NCBI GenBank assembly: GCA_965217115.1 | Contig: OZ244239.1 | Location: forward strand, 1,600,001-1,664,000 | Reading direction: 5' to 3' | Source: Bdellovibrionales bacterium | Lineage (GTDB): Bacteria > Bdellovibrionota > Bdellovibrionia > Bdellovibrionales > CAYMLA01 | Length of the DNA: 64,000 nucleotides | Shown here: positions 57,465 through 64,000 of the stretch, one piece after another | Position numbering within the stretch: the first letter of the stretch is position 1 | Layout of the letters: each line of letters opens with the position of its first letter | Program-made: the position numbers and the translations under genes | The notes under the pieces: model-generated | The model's database searches: none | Told to the model about the DNA's origin: nothing | What the model saw: only the letters and a program-made list of their open reading frames with translations

Positions 57465-57761
57465 TTGAAATCTTCACTTGGCTGGGAACAGCGGGGAGGG
57501 AGATAGAGGGACGGCTTAAAAGGCTCAGCCTTGAAATCTTCACTTGGCTGGGAACAGCGGGGAGGGAGATAGAGGGACGGCTTAAAAGGCTCAGCCTTGA
57601 AATCTTCACTTGGCTGGGAACAGCGGGGAGGGAGATAGAGGGACGGCTTAAAAAGCTCAGCCTTGAAATCTTCACTTGGCTGGGAACAGCGGGGAGGGAG
57701 ATAGAGGGACGGCTTAAAAGGCTCAGCCTTGAAATCTTCACTTGGCTGGGAACAGCGGGGA
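57446..57761 (+). repeat. 66-bp tandem repeat, ~4.8 copies
   Basis: Units start at 57446, 57512, 57578, 57644 and 57710; identical except one A/G position. Confidence 0.95.
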
Positions 57762-57819
57762 ACAGTGGGGATAATGGGGGGGGGCTTTGAAATCCACTGG
57801 CGGGGAACAGGGGGGGGTT

Positions 57820-58560
57820 ATGGGTGATAGTGGGGTGAAGAGGCAGGCGGTGGCGACGGTTTACTTGATTGTGTTTTTTTTGCTTCTTCCTATAATGGTG
57901 GTGTCATTTTATTTTGCTCATCTTGCTGATAACGAAGCGAGCGATTTTTCAAATTCTCCAAATTTTAGTTCATCGCCCCATCGTCATGGTGAGCGTTATA
58001 GGTTGAGGGGTGAGGTGGATTATACATCTGTAAAGTTTCCTGTGAAGTTTCTAAAAAACCTTCCATTGAAGCTTTCTGTGGAAAATGAAAAGATATATAA
58101 AATCAAAGATGCCATTTCTTATAAAGTAGTGAAGCAAGTGTTTAAAAATAATCAATGGCAGAGAGATTGTAGTTTTTCACAGGACTGTTTTCTGAAAAAA
58201 GTGAAAGAACTAAGAGTGATTGAAGGGCAAAAAGAAAAAGCGATTACAATTGTCGTTACGCCAGGGACAAAATTTCGTGTGTCTATTAATGAGATTTTTA
58301 GAAAAATAGATGAGAAAACTCGTTGGTGGATACGTTATAAGAGTCTTCCTAAAAAAATAGAGATTTGGGGAACCTACGAGCATGGTTATCTCTCCGATGG
58401 CTTACTTGACAGGCTCTATGTTTTTCCTCAAAAGGATTTGGACGAATTCAAACGCAGTCTGATTATCAAGGGAGCAAGAAAATCTCAGTGGCTTAATAGC
58501 ATAGGGGTGTTTTTGTTGTTTCTTATGTCGATGAGCTTATATTTTAGTTTGAAAAAATAA
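57820..58560 (+). CDS. Hypothetical membrane protein (N- and C-terminal TM helices)
   Basis: ORF 57787-58560; ATG at 57820 preferred because the upstream part is degenerate repeat. Confidence 0.7.
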   Translation: MGDSGVKRQAVATVYLIVFFLLLPIMVVSFYFAHLADNEASDFSNSPNFSSSPHRHGERYRLRGEVDYTSVKFPVKFLKNLPLKLSVENEKIYKIKDAISYKVVKQVFKNNQWQRDCSFSQDCFLKKVKELRVIEGQKEKAITIVVTPGTKFRVSINEIFRKIDEKTRWWIRYKSLPKKIEIWGTYEHGYLSDGLLDRLYVFPQKDLDEFKRSLIIKGARKSQWLNSIGVFLLFLMSMSLYFSLKK

Positions 58561-58604
58561 AGGTCATCAAGTGGCGATAGTTTTAGGAACGAGGTTTTTT
58601 TTAT

Positions 58605-59969
58605 TTAGATCTTAACTTGAGGGTGAGGCGGGCGGAGGCCTTTCTTTTTTATTTTTTCAATCAAGGTTGTACGATTGAGTTTGAGTATGATGGCAGCTTG
58701 ATTGCGATTCCAGCCTGTTTTTTCCAAAGCAGATAGGATGAGAGCGTTCTCGTACTTGTCCACAGCAGAGTTAAAATCGAGACCTGAATCAGGAATGGAG
58801 AGATGTTTTTCTGTGGAAGTGATATTTTTTTGATACTTTTCTGGAAGATCTGAGACTTGAACCTCGCCGCTTCCCTTTAAAATAGCAAGGCGTTCTACTA
58901 AGTTCTCTAGTTCACGAATATTACCAGGCCACTTGTACTCGAAAAGAACTCTGAGAGCCCCATCAGAGAACCCTGTAAGTTCACTTGATTTCATCTGATT
59001 AAACTTCTTCATAAAATGATGGAGAAGTAATGGAATATCTGCTCCCCTCTCTCTGAGTGCAGGAGTCTTGATGGGAATAACATTGAGTCGATAATAGAGA
59101 TCTTCGCGAAAACGTCCTTCAGCGACGGCCTTTTCTAGATCAATGTTCGTTGCAGTAATAATGTGTACGTTGACTTGAATTGTTTTGGTACTTCCTACAG
59201 GTTCAAACTCTTGTTCTTGCAAAAATCTTAGAAGTTTTACTTGTAGGGCAGGAGACATATCACCGACTTCATCGAGAAAAATAGTTCCTTGATGGGCCAT
59301 TTCAAAACGTCCAAGGCGATTGGCAATGGCTCCAGTAAAGGCGCCTTTGATGTGGCCAAATAACTCGCTCTCCAGAAGTTCGTTGGGAATAGCTCCGCAG
59401 TTGACAGGGACGAAGGGTTTTCTAGCTCTAGGGGAGCTATAATGAATAGCTTTAGCGATAAGCTCCTTACCAGTGCCACTTTCTCCAGTGATGAGAGTGG
59501 TGGAGTTTGAAGTAGAAACGCGTTCGACGAGATTAAGGACTTTTTTAAGTTCAGGATGTTTTCCAATGATACTGTTGAATTGATATTCTTTACTGAACTT
59601 AAGCGATTCTTCTGAGGTACAGCTTGCAATGATCGATAGAAAAACCTCAGTATTGAAGGGCTTAGCGATGAAATGTGAAATTCCAGATTGAGAGGCAGCG
59701 ACGGCTAAGTTAATATTTTCTTGATTGCTCAGAGCAATGATCTGTGTTTGTGGGTTTTGTTTCTTAGTGTTTTTAATAAATTCAAGACTTTCAGGAATTT
59801 CGAGGTCAATGATAGCTAGATGAAAAAAAGGGCAGGAAGATTGTAAAGAGCGAGCTTCTTGCAGGCTAGAGACTGTTATAACTTGGTAGTTTTCTTTGCT
59901 TAGAATACGAGACAAAGACGAACGCACGCTGGATTGTTGATCAAGAATAAGAACTCTTTGAGAATTCAT
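58605..59969 (-). CDS. Sigma54-dependent response regulator (NtrC family)
   Basis: Receiver domain, GESGTGKE, GAFTGA, WPGNIREL, Fis-type HTH. Confidence 0.94.
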   Translation of the reverse strand: MNSQRVLILDQQSSVRSSLSRILSKENYQVITVSSLQEARSLQSSCPFFHLAIIDLEIPESLEFIKNTKKQNPQTQIIALSNQENINLAVAASQSGISHFIAKPFNTEVFLSIIASCTSEESLKFSKEYQFNSIIGKHPELKKVLNLVERVSTSNSTTLITGESGTGKELIAKAIHYSSPRARKPFVPVNCGAIPNELLESELFGHIKGAFTGAIANRLGRFEMAHQGTIFLDEVGDMSPALQVKLLRFLQEQEFEPVGSTKTIQVNVHIITATNIDLEKAVAEGRFREDLYYRLNVIPIKTPALRERGADIPLLLHHFMKKFNQMKSSELTGFSDGALRVLFEYKWPGNIRELENLVERLAILKGSGEVQVSDLPEKYQKNITSTEKHLSIPDSGLDFNSAVDKYENALILSALEKTGWNRNQAAIILKLNRTTLIEKIKKKGLRPPHPQVKI

Positions 59970-60205
59970 AAGTACGTTCCTTTATGAAAATTTCTCTCTA
60001 GTCTTTTAATGTATCCAAAGTGGTTTTTTGTGTCAAAAATCAATGTCAATTTTTTGGCTTTTGCTTGAAGAAACTAGACGAAAACGTAAAGGCATTTGTT
60101 GTTTTAGATCATAGTCCAGGAGGGGTTTTCTCGACGAAGGGCGAAAAATGAGAGTGATCTTCCCAGGGGTTTAACCTTGACCTTTTTTAATCAAAGGAGT
60201 ACTCA

Positions 60206-61594
60206 ATGCCTATGAAGAAAAGACGTTTATCCTCTATTGTTCTGGCTGCAGGTCAGGGAACCAGAATGAAGTCACAGATCCCAAAGGTTTTACATCCTGT
60301 TGCAGGTCGTCCTATGATATCCCATCTTCTTGGGCAGTTGAAAAAGAGCCAAGTTGATGAAATCCGATTAGTCGTTGGCCATGGTGCGGAGGCTTTGGAA
60401 AAAGTCGTTCTCTCCCAAGGAGTGATCTGCTTTAAGCAGAAGAGTCAGAGAGGAACAGCGGATGCTGTTAAATCGGCTGATTTAGAGACCTTGGAAGGAG
60501 ATGTTCTTATTGTTAACGGAGATCATCCTTTAATCACATCTGATGATGTCAAAGATTTTGTACAGAGTTTTCGTAGTGAAGGGGCTGATCTGGCTGTCGT
60601 GATGGTTCATCTAGATTCTCCAAGAGATTTTGGTCGTATTATACGTCAAGGAAACTTGGTGAGAGCAATTGTAGAAGCAAAGGATGCGTCTTCGGAGACG
60701 TTGAAAATCAAAGAAGTGAATACGGGTATTTATATTGTTAGGGCAGAGGTTTTGTCTGAATTAATCAATGGAGTTAAAAATCAAAATGCTCAATCTGAGT
60801 ATTATCTGACTGATCTCGTAGAATTGGCCAATGAACGTAATATGAATGTTATAGGTATCCAAGGTAAGAAGACTGTGGCGCGCGGAGTGAACAATCAATT
60901 GGATTTGGCTAAGGCCACTCGAGTGTTGTACCGGCGTAAGGCAAAGGAGCTTTTAGAGAGCGGAGTTATTCTTGTAGATCCATTGAATACTTATATTGAA
61001 TCAACAGTTAAAGTCGGGAGCACCACTGTTATTCAGCCTGGTGTTCATTTGCGAGGAAATACGAAAATTGGTGAAGCCTGTGTGATAGAACCAAATGTTT
61101 ATATTCAAGATAGTGAAATTAGCCATGGAGTGCATATTCGTGCGGGTTCTTATTTAGAGGGGGTATTCATAGATATGTCAGCAGTTGTTGGCCCCTATGC
61201 TCGCTTACGTCCAGGAACAAGTATTGGTGAGAATGCCCATGTGGGCAATTTTGTTGAAATGAAAAAAGTTTCTTTTGGCAAAGATTCGAAGGCAGGGCAT
61301 TTGACCTACCTTGGAGATGCTGAAATTGGCGAGGGTGTTAATATCGGTTGTGGAACAATCACATGCAACTATGCCCCTGATCGTAAAAAATATAGGACGA
61401 AGATTGGTGATGGAGCCTTCATTGGTAGTGACACGCAATTTATCGCTCCAGTAGAAGTCAAAAAAGGAGCGATCATTGCTTCAGGTTCGACAATCACTAA
61501 AGATGTACCTGAAGGCTCTTTGGCAGTCGCTCGTGGGCGGCAAAAAAACATTGAAAACTATGCTGATCGTTTAGGCGAGAAAAAGAAAGATTAG
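60206..61594 (+). CDS. glmU: Bifunctional UDP-GlcNAc pyrophosphorylase / GlcN-1-P acetyltransferase
   Basis: LAAGQGTRMKS, EYYLTD, GNFVEMK, HLTYLGD. Confidence 0.97.
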   Translation: MPMKKRRLSSIVLAAGQGTRMKSQIPKVLHPVAGRPMISHLLGQLKKSQVDEIRLVVGHGAEALEKVVLSQGVICFKQKSQRGTADAVKSADLETLEGDVLIVNGDHPLITSDDVKDFVQSFRSEGADLAVVMVHLDSPRDFGRIIRQGNLVRAIVEAKDASSETLKIKEVNTGIYIVRAEVLSELINGVKNQNAQSEYYLTDLVELANERNMNVIGIQGKKTVARGVNNQLDLAKATRVLYRRKAKELLESGVILVDPLNTYIESTVKVGSTTVIQPGVHLRGNTKIGEACVIEPNVYIQDSEISHGVHIRAGSYLEGVFIDMSAVVGPYARLRPGTSIGENAHVGNFVEMKKVSFGKDSKAGHLTYLGDAEIGEGVNIGCGTITCNYAPDRKKYRTKIGDGAFIGSDTQFIAPVEVKKGAIIASGSTITKDVPEGSLAVARGRQKNIENYADRLGEKKKD

Positions 61595-61606
61595 AGGAAA
61601 AAAGCC

Positions 61607-63454
61607 ATGTGCGGTATAGTCGGATATATAGGTGCCCAGTCTCCTAAGAAAATAATTCTAGATGGATTAAAAAAATTAGAATATCGAGGCTATGACAGTG
61701 CTGGATTGGCAGTGTTTGATCACGGGAAATTAGTTAGGGTGAGGGCCGAGGGAAAACTTGTTCATCTGGAGAATAAGGTCAGTGATAGAGAGTTCTCTGG
61801 GAATCTAGGTATTGGACATACTCGCTGGGCGACCCATGGTGTTCCTTCGGAGAGAAACGCCCATCCCCATCAAGTAGATAAAGTTTGTATTGTTCATAAT
61901 GGCATTATAGAGAATTATAATTATATACGAGAAGAATTACAGTCACTCGGAGTGCAATTTCAATCAGAAACTGATTCCGAATTGGTGGCCCATCTTATTG
62001 CTCGGGAAATTAAAAAAGAAAAGGACATTTATAAATCTATTCGCAATATCATTCCGCAATTAGAGGGGGCTTTCTCTGTTCTAGCTATTTGGGAAGATGA
62101 ACCAAATAAAATGATTGCATTTAAAAATGGTCCTCCATTGATTGTGGGAAAGGGCGATAGGGAGTTCGTTATTGCCAGCGATGTACAGGCGATTATTTCT
62201 TACACCAAAGAGGTGATTTATTTAGAAGATCATGAAGTGGCGGTTATTGACAGTGAAGATTCATTAACTGTTTATTCGGCGAACGGTGTTGTTATTGAGA
62301 AGGAGTCATGTTTTTTAGATTGGAGTGCTGATCTAGTGGAAAACCAAGGTTATGCTCATTTCATGTTGAAGGAAATCTACGAGCAACCAAGGGCTTTTGC
62401 TTCTTCCTTAGAGCCTCATATTGATCTAAAAAGCATGAGTGTCCGTTTGCATCGAGATCAGGTTAAAGATGCCCAATTAACAGATCAACAATTATCAGAA
62501 GTGAAGAGGGTGTTGATCATAGCCTGCGGAACAAGTTTTTATGCGGGGATGTATGGTAAATATTTATTAGAAAAGTGGGCGCGTTTACCAGTAGAAGTCG
62601 ATATAGCCAGTGAGTTTCGTTATCGTGAACCGATTATTGAAAAACACACACTGGTTATCACCGTTTCACAAAGTGGGGAAACGGCGGATACTTTGGCTGT
62701 ATTAAGACAGGTTAAGAAGTTAGGAGCGAAGGTTCTAAGTATTTGCAACGTAGAGAATTCAACAATTGATCGAGAAGCCGATGGGCATCTTTATCTAAAC
62801 GCAGGCCCGGAGATTGGTGTGGCCTCAACAAAAGCTTTTATTAGTATGTTGGCAATTCTAAATGTGTTTTCTATCTTTATGGGACGTTTAAGAGATAATT
62901 TATCACTTGATGAAGAAAAACAAATTGTTAAAGATATTCTCTCGGTCCCTTCAAAAATGGAAGGCGTGTTGTCTTATGATAGTTTCTTTGCCGAGGCATC
63001 AAAAACTTTAAGAGAATTTCGAGGATTTCTCTATATGGGAAGAGGAGTCAATTTTCCTATTTCTATGGAGGGAGCCTTAAAGCTCAAAGAGCTGGCATAC
63101 ATGCATGCAGAAGGATATGCCGCTGGAGAAATGAAACACGGTCCTTTGGCATTGGTTGATGATCGTATGGCAGTGGTGATGACAGTTCCTGATGACGGTC
63201 TCTATGAAAAAACAATGAGTAATTTAGAGGAAGTCCGAGCGCGTGGGGGGCGGATCATAGCCATTGGCTCTGGAGAAAATAAAAGATTACAGGAGATCAG
63301 TGAACATTATCTGTCCCTACCCAAATCATCTTGGAATGTAAACCCTATTTTAGCAGTTATTCCTATGCAACTAATGGCCTATCACTTAGCAAATTCTCTA
63401 GGATTGGACGTAGACCAACCAAGAAATCTAGCAAAATCTGTCACAGTAGAATGA
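61607..63454 (+). CDS. glmS: Glutamine-fructose-6-phosphate aminotransferase
   Basis: MCGIVG, GHTRWATHG, SQSGETADT, PRNLAKSVTVE. Confidence 0.98.
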   Translation: MCGIVGYIGAQSPKKIILDGLKKLEYRGYDSAGLAVFDHGKLVRVRAEGKLVHLENKVSDREFSGNLGIGHTRWATHGVPSERNAHPHQVDKVCIVHNGIIENYNYIREELQSLGVQFQSETDSELVAHLIAREIKKEKDIYKSIRNIIPQLEGAFSVLAIWEDEPNKMIAFKNGPPLIVGKGDREFVIASDVQAIISYTKEVIYLEDHEVAVIDSEDSLTVYSANGVVIEKESCFLDWSADLVENQGYAHFMLKEIYEQPRAFASSLEPHIDLKSMSVRLHRDQVKDAQLTDQQLSEVKRVLIIACGTSFYAGMYGKYLLEKWARLPVEVDIASEFRYREPIIEKHTLVITVSQSGETADTLAVLRQVKKLGAKVLSICNVENSTIDREADGHLYLNAGPEIGVASTKAFISMLAILNVFSIFMGRLRDNLSLDEEKQIVKDILSVPSKMEGVLSYDSFFAEASKTLREFRGFLYMGRGVNFPISMEGALKLKELAYMHAEGYAAGEMKHGPLALVDDRMAVVMTVPDDGLYEKTMSNLEEVRARGGRIIAIGSGENKRLQEISEHYLSLPKSSWNVNPILAVIPMQLMAYHLANSLGLDVDQPRNLAKSVTVE

Positions 63455-63760
63455 GAAGAAGGTTATTTTTCTATAAAGTGCAGGAATTCATCATAGAAAA
63501 CATCTATGAAAATTAAACAAATTACAGCGCGTACAAGTTTTGCACACAACCCCCCATTAAACTAAAAATAGACCTAGAAAAAGAATTAAAGATTTTTTTA
63601 TACACTGCTCAATAGGGGTAGAAGGATGTCTACTTAAATAATTTTAAGGTGTTAGGTCTTGGTGTGGTTTACATGAAACATAAACTAATAAAACATACAT
63701 GTTATTAATTTTAGAAATTTAGTTTTTCATACCCACTTAATAGATTTTTAAAAGGAGAGC

Positions 63761-63803
63761 TTAAAGCAAAAAGGACTATTTTAAATAGTCCTTTTTGCTT
63801 TAA
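63761..63803. terminator. Bidirectional terminator-like perfect palindrome
   Basis: TTAAAGCAAAAAGGACTATTT-T-AAATAGTCCTTTTTGCTTTAA (21-bp arms). Confidence 0.75.
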
Positions 63804-63869
63804 TGAAATTTTATTGTCTTTGTGTGTAAAGCTTAGTTACAAACCTAGTGTTTTAGATGTAAGTAGATC

Positions 63870-64000
63870 TCATCTACAAAGGTTTTTCATCATACGAGCA
63901 AAGGTCCTTAGCGCAGAGTCTATATCATCAGTTCCTTTCTTATAAAGACTCAAATGAGGGACCCATATATTAGAAAGACTTGAGCCTAATATTTCTGTTT
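63870..64000 (-). CDS. Probable 3' end of an unidentified gene entering from the right edge
   Basis: Open frame ...TEILGSSLSNIWVPHLSLYKKGTDDIDSALRTFARMMKNLCR* ends upstream of the palindrome. Confidence 0.4.
   Translation of the reverse strand, partial: TEILGSSLSNIWVPHLSLYKKGTDDIDSALRTFARMMKNLCR

Noticed and set aside
57373..57741. 122-aa repeat protein ORF
   Set aside because: It arises because 66 is a multiple of 3; it starts inside a repeat unit and ends inside the palindrome.
57446..57761. CRISPR array
   Set aside because: The units are identical end to end with no unique spacers, and there are no cas genes.
63455..63520. Tn7 insertion at attTn7
   Set aside because: No TGT-initiated end or repeated TnsB sites about 25 bp after the glmS stop.

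Overview
Bacterial chromosome window, AT-rich and gene-dense. Gene content and domain architectures suggest Bdellovibrionota (inference). Most of it is housekeeping: pal/cpoB, tsaD-rsmA-smpB, dsbD, dacB, hflKC, gcvTH, mtnA/mtnP with a class II aldolase, phnDCE, trmFO, HU, pfkA, hldD, a peptide ABC transporter and glmU-glmS. A 941-codon metallopeptidase/beta-propeller/Omp85 gene at the left edge is missing from the ORF track, as are ccoS and ccoQ. An accessory region (~18.1-29.2 kb) lies between hflC and the 3' end of tRNA-Leu(TAG). It carries a cbb3 oxidase cluster with an Fnr-like regulator, orphan secreted-protein genes, an IS-end remnant and three diverged copies of one gene's 3' end plus terminator. 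The most unusual signal is a pair of long hairpins (28904-29055 and 57338-57464, opposite orientation). Their stems share no sequence, but they share a bulged internal-loop motif (CGAGTT / TGTYTGAG). One abuts a truncated gene. The other has had its arm amplified into a 66-bp tandem array that carries G-quadruplex motifs.
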